Below are positions 54,995-64,000 of a stretch of 64,000 nt of DNA, piece after piece (the first letter of the stretch is position 1; each line of letters starts with the position of its first letter). The position numbers were made by a program, and so were the translations under genes. Location: the IMG/VR virus record IMGVR_UViG_3300036790_000204, positions 42,103-106,102 of that record. The stretch is one strand, 5' to 3'. The DNA comes from a virus. Taxonomy: Duplodnaviria > Heunggongvirae > Uroviricota > Caudoviricetes. Under the pieces are notes generated by a model. The model saw only the letters and a program-made list of their open reading frames with translations, made no database searches and was not told the origin of the DNA.

Positions 54995-55637
54995 TCACGG
55001 TTTCGGCCGCCTGGCAGGGCACCCGCTGGTCGCACGGGTTTCCGGTCGGGTGCCCCGGAATCCAGCCGTACAGGCCGCACGCCTTGCACCGGACGCTCTG
55101 CCAGCCCTTCGCCAGACGGCTTGCCGCCATCTCGTGAGCGTCCGCGTAGCCGTTAGGGAGCGGGTAGTCGTGCAGCTCGTCGGGGCAGTCGTCGCGTTTC
55201 CCGCTTCGGAAGTCGCCGCCGCAGACGAAGATCGCGGGCGTCTTGGGCGGCCGGCCTCGCTTGGCTGCGGGCGGCAGTTCGGCCGGCTCGCCGTCGCCGT
55301 CGCCGACGACGACCGCGATCCGCAGGCCGGCCGCCGCGGCGATCCGGTCGAGCATCTCCGGGCTGCCGCTGACCTTCCCGTTCAGTATCTGGCTCATGTG
55401 CTTCGGTGTGATGCCGAGATGGGCGGCGAGTGCCTGCTGGGTTGATCGCTGGGCGCGGATCCGGCGGCGCACCTCGGTCCGGAGCTGGTCGAGCCAAGGG
55501 CTGGTCACGGCTTCCACGTCTGGTCGTAGGCCGGGTGGTTCCTCCAGATCGAAACGACCAGGCGCGTCGTCCGGCACGGGTACCACGCTGCCGCGTCGTC
55601 CATATCCGGGGTTGCCGGGTCGCACCGGCGGCACCAT
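54966..55637 (-). CDS. HTH XRE-family regulator with C-terminal Cys-rich domain (repressor candidate)
   Basis: LAAHLGITPKHMSQILNGK. The N-terminal extension is probably not translated. Confidence 0.45.
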   Translation of the reverse strand: MVPPVRPGNPGYGRRGSVVPVPDDAPGRFDLEEPPGLRPDVEAVTSPWLDQLRTEVRRRIRAQRSTQQALAAHLGITPKHMSQILNGKVSGSPEMLDRIAAAAGLRIAVVVGDGDGEPAELPPAAKRGRPPKTPAIFVCGGDFRSGKRDDCPDELHDYPLPNGYADAHEMAASRLAKGWQSVRCKACGLYGWIPGHPTGNPCDQRVPCQAAETVNGGSDDPAT

Positions 55638-56044
55638 ATCGAGTCGCCGCCGGCATGCCGGTGGTCATCGAGGACCGCCCGCAGAACGGTGACGAGTATG
55701 AGGGTGCTGGCCGGGTCGTGGAGGGCCATATGACGGAACTGCGGTTCCGGTACCCAGGCGTCCCGGTCGGCCAGATCCCGGTTCCACGAGACGACCGAGC
55801 CCCAGTAGCCGTGTTTGACCTCGGGCGGCCGCGGCAGGCCGGGGCGCAGGGCGACCAGGATCTCGAGGTCGCCGTCGCGCCCGAAGTCGGTTTCATACAG
55901 GTCGGTGCCCACCTCCCATTCGTCGCCGCCAGGCGCGGGCTTCCAGTCGCCGGGAACGCCGATCACGGTGCCACCGGACGCGGCCCGCGCCGTCTCTTCC
56001 CACTCGGCCAGCCGCGCCTCGGCGAACTCGCTCAGATCAGTCAC
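55505..56044 (-). CDS. hypothetical protein
   Basis: 179 aa. Confidence 0.3.
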   Translation of the reverse strand: MTDLSEFAEARLAEWEETARAASGGTVIGVPGDWKPAPGGDEWEVGTDLYETDFGRDGDLEILVALRPGLPRPPEVKHGYWGSVVSWNRDLADRDAWVPEPQFRHMALHDPASTLILVTVLRAVLDDHRHAGGDSIWCRRCDPATPDMDDAAAWYPCRTTRLVVSIWRNHPAYDQTWKP

Positions 56045-56310
56045 TTTCTCCCCCTGCTGTCGATTCTGCTATCGAACGATTGACGTAATCCGACCCAGCC
56101 GCACGGCGGGTCCGGGTGGACGATCCACCAGTCGCCGCTCTCCGGGTCCATGTCCCAGTCGAGCTCAGCCCCGCAGTTGGGACACGGGTCGCCGCCGATG
56201 GGCTTTTCGCCCGTCACCGCTTGCGTCTCGGCTCGCAGCAGCGGATGCCGATCCGCCGGCGCAGCCAGCACCAGAGCCGGCCGACCTTGACGTACAGCCG
56301 CCAGTCGCAA
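56041..56310 (-). CDS. small zinc-ribbon protein
   Basis: CPNCGAELDW...PPCGW. Confidence 0.3.
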   Translation of the reverse strand: MRLAAVRQGRPALVLAAPADRHPLLRAETQAVTGEKPIGGDPCPNCGAELDWDMDPESGDWWIVHPDPPCGWVGLRQSFDSRIDSRGRK

Positions 56311-56487
56311 CAGCAGCCGCCGACCGGCCGGCGCATCACCCGAATACCGCGAGCGCCCTCTGCCACCAGCTCGTGAGCGCGGCTCACGGCGTCAAGGCGC
56401 GTCCAGTCCTCGGACGACTCCCGGCAGGTGGTGCCGCGGTGACGCCAGCGGACCTCGAATTCCGCCGGGATCCTGATCACACTCGGC

Positions 56488-56778
56488 TCAGACATGCTCG
56501 CCCTCCCTGTCTGCCGCTTCCCGTTCGAACCTCGCTGCGTCGGCCATGTCCCTGATCCCGTCGGCGTGGCCCTCGGCCCATCCCGCGGCGTGCTCGGCCT
56601 GCAGCGCCTTACGGACGGTGAGGATCACACTCAGCGGGTCGACACCCGCCTGCCAGGCGATGCCGAGCAGTGCCTGTAGGTATTCGCGGACTGTCGCGGC
56701 TTGCGCGTCGTTCTCGGGCAGCTCGAGGTCGAGCAGGCGCGCGACCAGCTCGGGGGATGGCTCTTGCGTGTCGGTCAT
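56488..56778 (-). CDS. hypothetical protein
   Basis: 96 aa. Confidence 0.3.
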   Translation of the reverse strand: MTDTQEPSPELVARLLDLELPENDAQAATVREYLQALLGIAWQAGVDPLSVILTVRKALQAEHAAGWAEGHADGIRDMADAARFEREAADREGEHV

Positions 56779-57377
56779 CAGAAAAGCCCCGTTTCCTCGG
56801 TGTAGGTGTCGGTGTCGGTCTCTGCTGCCGCCGTGGCCGCCTGCGGCCCGGCGAGGTCGAGCAGGGCGGTGCGGAGCTTCTCGGCGGTCTCCATGCTCAG
56901 GAGACGCCCGGAAGGGATCGAGCGGGCGATCTTGGCGATCCCCTCGTTCTTCAGCCGGGTCTCGGCCATAGCGGCGGCGAGCTCGGGCGCGACGCGCGGG
57001 CCGGTCGCTTCCCCCGGCTGCGGCTTGAGTCCGTAGACGTCGCCGATGCCGAGGCGGATAGCCAGCTCGTAGTTGCGGGCCGCCTCGCCGGGTTCGACCG
57101 CGCTATCCAGGGGCACGCCGTCCCGCCTGCAGAGCGCCTCAAGGATGCCGCGTTCCTGCACGGCCGCCGCCTCGGCCAGGGCGCCGAGGAACTCGATCTC
57201 GGCGACAGGCCCGGGCGTCGCCCTCACTGGCCTGGCAACCGGCTTGCCGCTGAGGTCGATGCCGGCGCCCTTAAGCACCTGCAGCGCGGCCCGGCGGCGG
57301 ATGCCGTCAGTCTGGCCGCCGCGCGTAAGCTCGCATGTCACATCCGCGATCACCTGCCACGGGTCCGGGGCGCTCAA
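56778..57377 (-). CDS. hypothetical protein
   Basis: 199 aa. Confidence 0.3.
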   Translation of the reverse strand: MSAPDPWQVIADVTCELTRGGQTDGIRRRAALQVLKGAGIDLSGKPVARPVRATPGPVAEIEFLGALAEAAAVQERGILEALCRRDGVPLDSAVEPGEAARNYELAIRLGIGDVYGLKPQPGEATGPRVAPELAAAMAETRLKNEGIAKIARSIPSGRLLSMETAEKLRTALLDLAGPQAATAAAETDTDTYTEETGLF

Positions 57378-58183
57378 TGCGCACCGTCCAGCAGGTCGCG
57401 GATCATGGCCGCAATGTTGCGCTTGGCCAGCGAGACAGCCGACCGGCTTCCCTTGGCCGACATCCGGTCGAGCCCCCCGGCGAACTCGGCCAGCCTCCGG
57501 CGAAGCTCGGGGTCGGCCTTCGGCTCCGGCGCGTCGAGCAAGCCAAGCCCGGCGAGCGCCCGCGCCCCGATGTCACGCAGGCCGACGTCACTGTCTGAGC
57601 TGGCGCACATGCGGGTGATGTCAGACAGGGCGTCTTGCGCCAGCCGGGCAGCCTCGGACAGTTCGGGCGCGGGCGGTTCCGCGTCCGGCTGCCAGCCCTT
57701 CACGGCCGCCACGTCGGCGACCGCGATGACTCTCAGCCCCGACGCGTGATGCAGGTTGTGCGACACCTCGGCGACGCGCTCGGGCGGCACGTCTGCGGCG
57801 AACGCGATGATCAGCGCCTCGCCGGAGTCCGGGCGCATGACGATGCCACCCCCAGCGGGCACCTCGAGCGGAGGCTCGGGCGCCGGCAGCTGAAGCCTTT
57901 CGGCGTCGGCGAGGGCGGCAGCGGCGACAGGCGTAATCGCGTAGGGGGCGTCGTTTCTCTCGCATGCCCGCTGAACTTCGCGCAGGCCCTCCGATAGTCG
58001 GGCGATGGCCGACAGGCACAGCGCGGCAGTCGGTTCGAGCGCGAGCTTGTGCATGCCGCCGGCGAACGCGTCGGCCATGTCGTCCCAGTCGTACTCGGTG
58101 CCGGTGTGCGTGTGGCCCCGGGCTTCCATCCACCCGGCGAACTCGGCCCGGCCGCGGTCGGCCTGCGGGCCGCGGGCGGTCAC
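57374..58183 (-). CDS. hypothetical protein
   Basis: 269 aa. Confidence 0.3.
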   Translation of the reverse strand: MTARGPQADRGRAEFAGWMEARGHTHTGTEYDWDDMADAFAGGMHKLALEPTAALCLSAIARLSEGLREVQRACERNDAPYAITPVAAAALADAERLQLPAPEPPLEVPAGGGIVMRPDSGEALIIAFAADVPPERVAEVSHNLHHASGLRVIAVADVAAVKGWQPDAEPPAPELSEAARLAQDALSDITRMCASSDSDVGLRDIGARALAGLGLLDAPEPKADPELRRRLAEFAGGLDRMSAKGSRSAVSLAKRNIAAMIRDLLDGAH

Positions 58184-58731
58184 TGCCGTGCCCCTTGCGC
58201 CCTGGCGAGCGCCTCGAGGACGAGCGCACGCAGTTTCTCGTCACCGGACAGGGCCACCGCCTGCAGGGCGTCAACGCACACCTCGAGGGACTCCTGCGCG
58301 CGGTGCAGCTCGGCGCGGACCGGCGCGGCCCCGGCTTCCTGCGCGGCTCTCCACGCTTTGCGGGCATGCTCGGTGAGTGCGGCGTGATCCCACGGGGTCG
58401 GGGTCGCGTCGGGGAACCGCTCGCGGTGGAACGCGAGGAACGACAGGCGGCCGTCGCCGTCGTCGGGGTTCTCGGGCGCGGCGTCGCCGTCGAGGCGCCC
58501 GTACCAGATGAGCGTCCCGTCTTCCTCCCGGGCGGTGGCGTGCTCGGGGCGGCTGATCTTGCGTGACCAGGCGAGGATCAGGCCGGCGACCGCCGCCGAA
58601 TCGCCAGCCTGCGCCGCCTCGCGGAGAGCGCGGGCGCCCGACGCGGAGTGAACGCCGATCATCGTCCTACCGCAGGCGATCAGGGGCGACCCGGGTTTGG
58701 TGCCGCCGCCGCTCACGACTTCGATCTGCAT
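58180..58731 (-). CDS. hypothetical protein
   Basis: 183 aa. Confidence 0.3.
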   Translation of the reverse strand: MQIEVVSGGGTKPGSPLIACGRTMIGVHSASGARALREAAQAGDSAAVAGLILAWSRKISRPEHATAREEDGTLIWYGRLDGDAAPENPDDGDGRLSFLAFHRERFPDATPTPWDHAALTEHARKAWRAAQEAGAAPVRAELHRAQESLEVCVDALQAVALSGDEKLRALVLEALARAQGARQ

Positions 58732-59123
58732 CAGAGAGTCACCCCTCCGCGCATCACGGGCCCGGCCTCGGAGTTGTCTCGGATGGCGGCGCGAGCGGTG
58801 CGGGCGCAGTGGCGGAGCGCCAGCGCGTAGGCTGCCGCCGGCGTGAGGTCATTGAGGTACTGCTGGGCATGCTCCGCTTGGCGCTCCCACTGGCCGATCT
58901 CGGCTTCCAGCGCCGGCATTGGCGCAGGCGCGCTGTCAGTTCGCGTCGGCTCGCCGAGCGAGAGCACCGCGTGCGCGACAGCGCAGACGCCGTGCAGCAG
59001 AGCGATCAGCGGCTCGTCGCTCGGGTGCGCCGTCGCGAGGTGGATTGCCTCGGTGGCAAGCTCGCGGTTGGTCATCTCGGCCGAGCCGAGGACCGGGTTT
59101 CCGCTCCGGTCGGTCATTGTCAT
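58731..59123 (-). CDS. hypothetical protein
   Basis: 130 aa. Confidence 0.3.
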   Translation of the reverse strand: MTMTDRSGNPVLGSAEMTNRELATEAIHLATAHPSDEPLIALLHGVCAVAHAVLSLGEPTRTDSAPAPMPALEAEIGQWERQAEHAQQYLNDLTPAAAYALALRHCARTARAAIRDNSEAGPVMRGGVTL

Positions 59124-59527
59124 GGCTTTGTTCCGTTTGGTGTGTCGGCGATCGTCTGGTTGATCTCGTCAAGGACGGCGCGGGCTTCGGCCAGCAGCTT
59201 GCGGAGGTCGCTGCGCCCTGTTGTGCCTCCGTTGGCGGCCTCGTCGAGCAAGGCGTCGGCAACGGTGAGCGGCTGTGTTGCGACGGCCCGTTGCGCGCGC
59301 TGGTGGCCGGTGCCCATGTGCTTGCGGATCTCGATGGAAAGCGCGTGGGCGCGGGCCGCCTCGGGGCCGATGGTGAACGACCACGGGGATTGGTCAGGCG
59401 AGTCGGTGTAGGGCTCTTTGAGGTACGGTGAGACGGCCAGCAGTCGCAGTGAGATGCTGCGGAGCGCGTTCTGCGCCTCGTCGAGCAGGCGCAGCGTTTC
59501 GGCCTGCCGGTCTGGTTGCTCGGTCAA
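59120..59527 (-). CDS. hypothetical protein
   Basis: 135 aa. Confidence 0.3.
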   Translation of the reverse strand: MTEQPDRQAETLRLLDEAQNALRSISLRLLAVSPYLKEPYTDSPDQSPWSFTIGPEAARAHALSIEIRKHMGTGHQRAQRAVATQPLTVADALLDEAANGGTTGRSDLRKLLAEARAVLDEINQTIADTPNGTKP

Positions 59528-59591
59528 GGTCTTGTTCCGTTCGCTGTTGGTCGGGCCGCCCCGCGCCCGGGTTGGGCGCGGGGCGGCGGGG

Positions 59592-60485
59592 CTACTTGGA
59601 TGACAGGGCGAGTCCGGAGCTGGAGCCGGGGAAGCAGCTGAACCCGGCTGGCAGCGTCGCGTCGGCCTTGACGTCGGTCAGGCACTGCGCGACGAGGGCG
59701 TTCATGCTCGGGGCGCCGAGCTTCTGGTACGCCGCCGCGTTCTCCTCGTTGACCTTCACGTCTTCCTGTGCGATCGCGTAGTCGGCGTATGCCTGCTGGA
59801 TCGCCTGCAGCTTCGTCTCAACCTGCGGGCTGTAGCTGATCAGCGGCATCAGCACGGTCAGGACGTCGATCCGGTTGCCGATGTCGTGTTGCATGTCGGC
59901 GAGGACAGTCGGGCCGAACGTGGAGAACTGGCTGGTCGAGCTGTTGGTATTGGTGACGGTCTCCACGTCGGTGATCGGGTTGTAATCCCCGACGACGTTG
60001 TTAACGACCTGCTTGAGCTCACGGACCACCACCGCGTTCGTGACGGTGGACATCAGGTCGCCGGAGTTGGCGTAGTCGCTGAACAGGGCACTCGCGGCGG
60101 CTGGCAGGATCTTCCACTGAATAGTGATGTCGGCACACGCCTGCTGCTGGCCGCCTATCCGCACCTTGAGGCAGTCGTTGTCTTCGAAGGTGGTCGTCTG
60201 CACGGTCTCGTCGATGTCGGTCAGGTGCAACCACGGCGTCCACGTCTCGTGAATGCCCGGCTCGTAGACGCTGCTGCCGACGGCGCCGAAGGACTGCGGT
60301 ACGCCGATGTTCTTGACGGGCACACTTTTTAGGCCGGCCAGGGCGAACAGGCCGAAGCCGAGCACCACCGCGACGCCCCCGGCGATGACCGGGAGGATCT
60401 TGACTTCCTTGTCCACGAATGGTGTCGAGGCGAACGCGATGAGCGCGCCCACCCAGACGATGATCGTGAGGATAAACCATCCCAT
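59592..60485 (-). CDS. SPFH / band-7 (stomatin-prohibitin-HflK/C-like) membrane protein
   Basis: N-terminal TM helix, then VKNIGVPQSFGAV...YEPGIH...V...VRE... SPFH-like periodicity. GC content is lower than its neighbours. GAGGGAG RBS. Confidence 0.5.
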   Translation of the reverse strand: MGWFILTIIVWVGALIAFASTPFVDKEVKILPVIAGGVAVVLGFGLFALAGLKSVPVKNIGVPQSFGAVGSSVYEPGIHETWTPWLHLTDIDETVQTTTFEDNDCLKVRIGGQQQACADITIQWKILPAAASALFSDYANSGDLMSTVTNAVVVRELKQVVNNVVGDYNPITDVETVTNTNSSTSQFSTFGPTVLADMQHDIGNRIDVLTVLMPLISYSPQVETKLQAIQQAYADYAIAQEDVKVNEENAAAYQKLGAPSMNALVAQCLTDVKADATLPAGFSCFPGSSSGLALSSK

Positions 60486-60715
60486 TTTTGTTGCTCCCTC
60501 TCGTTTTCCAGGCGGTCTAGGTCTTCATCCGCCGTCGCCCGGTTGACCCGGCGGATGTAGTCATTGAGTTGCGCCTGCTCCCGTCCGAGCCGGGCCGGGC
60601 GCTCGCGCTCGGCGAGCGCCCTCCGCTGGCGCCCGGCGCGGACCGTGAGGCCAACGACGATCGCCCCGGCTAGCACGATCAGCGCGCAGAGCAGCAGCGC
60701 CAGCACGTCGGCCAC
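60329..60715 (-). CDS. small TM + coiled-coil protein (3' end uncertain, overlaps the SPFH gene)
   Basis: MADVLALLLCALIVLAGAIVVGL. Confidence 0.25.
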   Translation of the reverse strand: MADVLALLLCALIVLAGAIVVGLTVRAGRQRRALAERERPARLGREQAQLNDYIRRVNRATADEDLDRLENEREQQKWDGLSSRSSSGWARSSRSPRHHSWTRKSRSSRSSPGASRWCSASACSPWPA

Positions 60716-60719
60716 CGGG

Positions 60720-61787
60720 TCACATCCCGGTGGGCTCGGTCCGTTCCCGCTCGGGTGCCGTCTCGGGTGTGGCCTTGACCTCGTCGTGGGCCTTGCACGG
60801 GCCGCCGTCGAGCTTCGCGCCGCAGATGTCCTCGCTATCAGGCGTCGGGACCGCGCATATCACGTCCGCGCTGGTCGGGCACGGCAGTAGCACGCCGATG
60901 ACGGTGTTGATCGGCTCACCGGGCCGGGAGACGATCCGAACCGGCTGATCGTCGTTGAAGCAGCGCGCGGCGTCGGTCCGGTCCCACCAGGCCTGCGCGC
61001 TCTCGCTGCCGTCCCATTCGGTGCCCGGGTCGCCGTCCCAGACGGTCGGGATGCTGTGCAGAATCCAGTCCATCGCCTTGGCGGGGACGTTCTGACGCAG
61101 TTCGATCCGAGCCGTGTACATGGTGTCGGCCTGCTGCGACACCACCTTGCCGAGCGTGATGCACGCCTGCTGCAGCCGGTCGGCCCGCGCGGCGCTGGTC
61201 TCGCCTGCCTGTCCGGCGACCGTCAGCTTCCGGTACTCGCCGGCCTCGTCCTCGGTGATGACGTCCCCTGCCTCGGCCCGGTCGGTGAGAGAGGAAAGCG
61301 CCGCGCGCAGGTCGGCGATCACGTCGGTCAGCGTCACGCAGACGGCTTCGGCGTTGGCGGCGCGCTCGGCGTCGCCCGGCCCTGTCTGCTCGCGCTCGAG
61401 CCTCGCCTCTGCGTCGGCTAGCCGCCCGATTTCCTCGGGGTCGAGGTGGAGCGCCTTGCCGTGCTCCCACAGGCGCTCGCCGACGCCGCCGTCCTCCCAT
61501 GCGTTCATGATCTGAACGGCCAGTCGGTCGGCCTCGTTCGGGTCGTAGGCGGCGAGGCGGGTCAGGGTATGGAGCGCGGCGAACTGCGCGCACGTGAGCA
61601 GGATCTCGCGGTGGTCGAACTCAGCGTGCGGGCTGACCGACCGCGCGAACCCGCGCTGGGCGGAGAGCGCGAGGTGGCGGGACAGTTCGAGTGCGGGCAG
61701 CGGCATGCTCGATGTCGGTCGCGGGGCGATCTGGTGGTAGCGCTCGCGGATCTCAGCGACGGTCTCAGGCGTCTCGGTGGTGGTCAT
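60720..61787 (-). CDS. hypothetical protein
   Basis: 355 aa. Confidence 0.3.
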   Translation of the reverse strand: MTTTETPETVAEIRERYHQIAPRPTSSMPLPALELSRHLALSAQRGFARSVSPHAEFDHREILLTCAQFAALHTLTRLAAYDPNEADRLAVQIMNAWEDGGVGERLWEHGKALHLDPEEIGRLADAEARLEREQTGPGDAERAANAEAVCVTLTDVIADLRAALSSLTDRAEAGDVITEDEAGEYRKLTVAGQAGETSAARADRLQQACITLGKVVSQQADTMYTARIELRQNVPAKAMDWILHSIPTVWDGDPGTEWDGSESAQAWWDRTDAARCFNDDQPVRIVSRPGEPINTVIGVLLPCPTSADVICAVPTPDSEDICGAKLDGGPCKAHDEVKATPETAPERERTEPTGM

Positions 61788-61823
61788 GCGTTCCCCCCTG
61801 GCTGCTAGTTTCGGTTCGGGTTA

Positions 61824-62720
61824 CTACTCGGCGGCCGTATCGGCGTCGGCCACGGCGTCGGCCGGGTCGCTGTCGGGCACCCGGTCGGCCATGACCTCGG
61901 GCTCGGGCTGCTTCTCGTCTAGCCCCCACTGCCGGTAGCGGCGGATGACGGCCCTGATCGCGTCCTGCGCCCTCGGCGTGAAGTCGGCGGGCACGAGCCG
62001 CATCCAGTCGGTGTTCGGCAGCGTCCGGCCGAGCGCCTCGACCGCGGCCATCGCGTTGTCTTTCTCGTCCCAGCCCTGCGCGAGCCGCCAGCCGGAGCCG
62101 GTGACGATCGCCCAGTCCTCGCCGAAGAAACCGTTGCCGGTCATCCGCAGGAACAGGCCCGGAACCGGGGTTACGTAGGCGAGCTGCCAGCGCAGGCGCG
62201 GGCCCGGCTCGTCGGGCTCGTGGCAGACCATCAGGATCGGCACCGCGCCCTGCCCGTCGGGGTCGAGGGTGACGCGGAGAATCGCGGAGATCGCCGCGAT
62301 CTCGACTCGCGCCCGCTCGCGGCCTTGCTCCGGGTTGGCGTTGGCCTTGATCTCTTCGAGGGTTCGGCGGGGCGGCAGCTCGTCGTAGGGCTTGCCGTAG
62401 AAGATCCGCGAGAGTGGGTCGTGCAGCGGCTCGGTGGGCAGCAGCCGGTCTGTGGTGGCCAGCGGCGAGTGACGCCACGGCCGGTAGCCGGGCGGCAGGT
62501 CGTCGTCCTCGTGGACTTCCTGCGCGTCCGTCCATGACCTGTAGCCGGCCGAGATCCTCTTGTACTCGGCGTCAGAGACGATGTGGGCGACGGTGCCGCT
62601 CTCGAGCTGCTCACCTTCGGCGATCCACCGCCCGATGCGGTGCCCGTTGTACTGGTCGCCGTCAAGGAACTCGTCGAGAGCCTTGTGCGCGTCGGCGCGG
62701 CTGAATCCGATCTGCGTCAT
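61824..62720 (-). CDS. hypothetical protein
   Basis: 298 aa. Confidence 0.3.
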   Translation of the reverse strand: MTQIGFSRADAHKALDEFLDGDQYNGHRIGRWIAEGEQLESGTVAHIVSDAEYKRISAGYRSWTDAQEVHEDDDLPPGYRPWRHSPLATTDRLLPTEPLHDPLSRIFYGKPYDELPPRRTLEEIKANANPEQGRERARVEIAAISAILRVTLDPDGQGAVPILMVCHEPDEPGPRLRWQLAYVTPVPGLFLRMTGNGFFGEDWAIVTGSGWRLAQGWDEKDNAMAAVEALGRTLPNTDWMRLVPADFTPRAQDAIRAVIRRYRQWGLDEKQPEPEVMADRVPDSDPADAVADADTAAE

Positions 62721-62775
62721 TGCGTTCCCTCTGCTGGTTGGTTTCGGCTGGTGCGGTTGCGGGATAAGCGGGCGG

Positions 62776-63795
62776 TCAGTCGCGCGCGTCGATGAGCAGC
62801 GGGGTCAGCGACCCGCCGTCGAAGCCGGCTGTCGGCGGCGCCTCGGTCCAGACGCGGCCTTTCTGGTCGAGCCACCCGACCCGGCGCAGCGACACGGCGG
62901 TCACCTGCTGGCCGGTGTGGGCGTCCCGCTCGAACTTCGTGAAGAACTTCAGGTCCGGGTTGTCGTCGTCTTCCTCGCGGCCGGGGCGCATGTCGGGGCG
63001 CACGGTCCAGTCCTCGCCGGCGTGCAGGCGCATCGCCGTCTGGGCGCCCTGCGGGTTCGTCTCGGCCTCAGTCGGCGGCGGCGCGTCCGGGTCATCGGTC
63101 TTGGCTTGCGGTGCGGCGTATCGGTCGGCGAGGCTCGCGAGGATGCGGGCGGCCATCGCCCGGTCGATCTGGTCGAGCCACCCGGCGGTCCGCTTCTCGA
63201 TGGACAGCTCAAGGGCGGCGGCGCGGATGCCGGTCCGGACGGCGCGGCCGGGGTTGGACACGAAGCCGGTCACGGGTTCGCGCCCGGCCTTGAGGTCGTG
63301 CGTCGGCCGGAGCACGACCGTCTGCCCGCTGAACGCGCTCTCCACGATCTCGGCTAGGCGCTCGATGTCCATCGCGGGCAGCTTCTCCGGCGGGGCGGTC
63401 GGCTTGCCGGGCAGCTCGGGGGCGTCGGCGCGGTCGCTGGCGATCCACCGCAGGCACGCGGTCGCGAGCCGGTCAGGGTGCGCCGGGTAGCCGGTGCCTT
63501 CAGTTGCGCCGTTGTCGCCGTACACGGTCATCCAGCAGCCGCGCAGCGCCGCTGTGAGCGTCGACTCGGACACGTCGGGCCACGGGTCGTCCCAGCCGCG
63601 CGCGGATGCGGGCGACGTCTCGCCGATGGCGTCGAGCAGCGCCCGGGACTCCGCTTCCGGGTTTTTCACGCGGCCTCGCGTCAGCTTCACCCGGCCGCCA
63701 ATGGCGTTGCAAAGAGCCATGTCGTCTGGGATCTCGAACAACATCTCGCGCGCCTCGAGCGCCTTTGCCAGCTGGCTCGCGGATACGTCAGTCAT
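62776..63795 (-). CDS. hypothetical protein
   Basis: 339 aa. Confidence 0.3.
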   Translation of the reverse strand: MTDVSASQLAKALEAREMLFEIPDDMALCNAIGGRVKLTRGRVKNPEAESRALLDAIGETSPASARGWDDPWPDVSESTLTAALRGCWMTVYGDNGATEGTGYPAHPDRLATACLRWIASDRADAPELPGKPTAPPEKLPAMDIERLAEIVESAFSGQTVVLRPTHDLKAGREPVTGFVSNPGRAVRTGIRAAALELSIEKRTAGWLDQIDRAMAARILASLADRYAAPQAKTDDPDAPPPTEAETNPQGAQTAMRLHAGEDWTVRPDMRPGREEDDDNPDLKFFTKFERDAHTGQQVTAVSLRRVGWLDQKGRVWTEAPPTAGFDGGSLTPLLIDARD

Positions 63796-64000
63796 CTGCG
63801 TCCTCTCGTTGACCTGTTTCGGGTTGGTCGACCGGGCCCTGCTCGGGCTCGGAAGTCTCTTCGGCGTGGGTGGCCGCGTAAGCGGCCCGGTAGTCGCCCG
63901 CCTTCAGGGCGGCGATCACGTCGGCGTTCGGCGCGCCCCTCGGCGCGGGGCGCCGCCAGTCCGCCTCCGCCGGGGTCACGCACACCGGCCGCCAGCCGAA
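63788..64000 (-). CDS. hypothetical protein (may extend beyond the window)
   Basis: Minus ORF overlapping the downstream start. Confidence 0.2.
   Translation of the reverse strand, partial: FGWRPVCVTPAEADWRRPAPRGAPNADVIAALKAGDYRAAYAATHAEETSEPEQGPVDQPETGQREDADD

Overview
This 64-kb window has a GC content of roughly 70% and reads as most of a temperate, siphovirus-like actinobacteriophage genome or prophage. The forward strand carries a long structural operon. It opens with the 3' part of a large repeat protein, a 1216-aa protein with a C-terminal HEXXH zincin domain, and a block of small genes that includes a 2H (LigT/Acb1-like) phosphoesterase. Next come an HK97-type prohead protease fused to a long scaffold-like polyprotein that carries an intein, the major capsid protein, head-tail connector genes, and a separate MuF-domain gene. 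After those come the major tail protein, a G/GT-like frameshifted chaperone pair, a 1608-aa tape measure protein ending in a lytic-transglycosylase domain, Dit-like and minor tail proteins, a putative lysis block, and two tandem paralogous beta-helix tailspikes. A large serine integrase (minus strand, 48.2-49.7 kb) sits in the middle. It is followed by a Thg1-like tRNA guanylyltransferase, a short tyrosine recombinase with an endonuclease VII gene, HTH regulators, and about 10 kb of minus-strand early genes that include a lower-GC SPFH/band-7 membrane protein. Terminase and portal genes are not in the window and presumably lie upstream. Several things stand out. The intein's interior is occupied, on the opposite strand, by a zinc-ribbon + Vsr/DUF559-type endonuclease gene with its own TATAAT box. 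Three modular homing endonucleases share a Zn-ribbon repeat array. A conserved bipartite motif (GYGACGCTAsCC ... GTCCGACACCCCCGG) lies upstream of the capsid, major tail and tailspike genes. A DpdA/TGT-like transglycosylase, a 2H phosphoesterase and a Thg1-like enzyme could serve DNA modification, anti-defence or tRNA repair. Short genes sit in the reverse orientation inside the late operon. All coordinates other than the ORF-table limits are approximate (within about 2 nt). No database searches were run.
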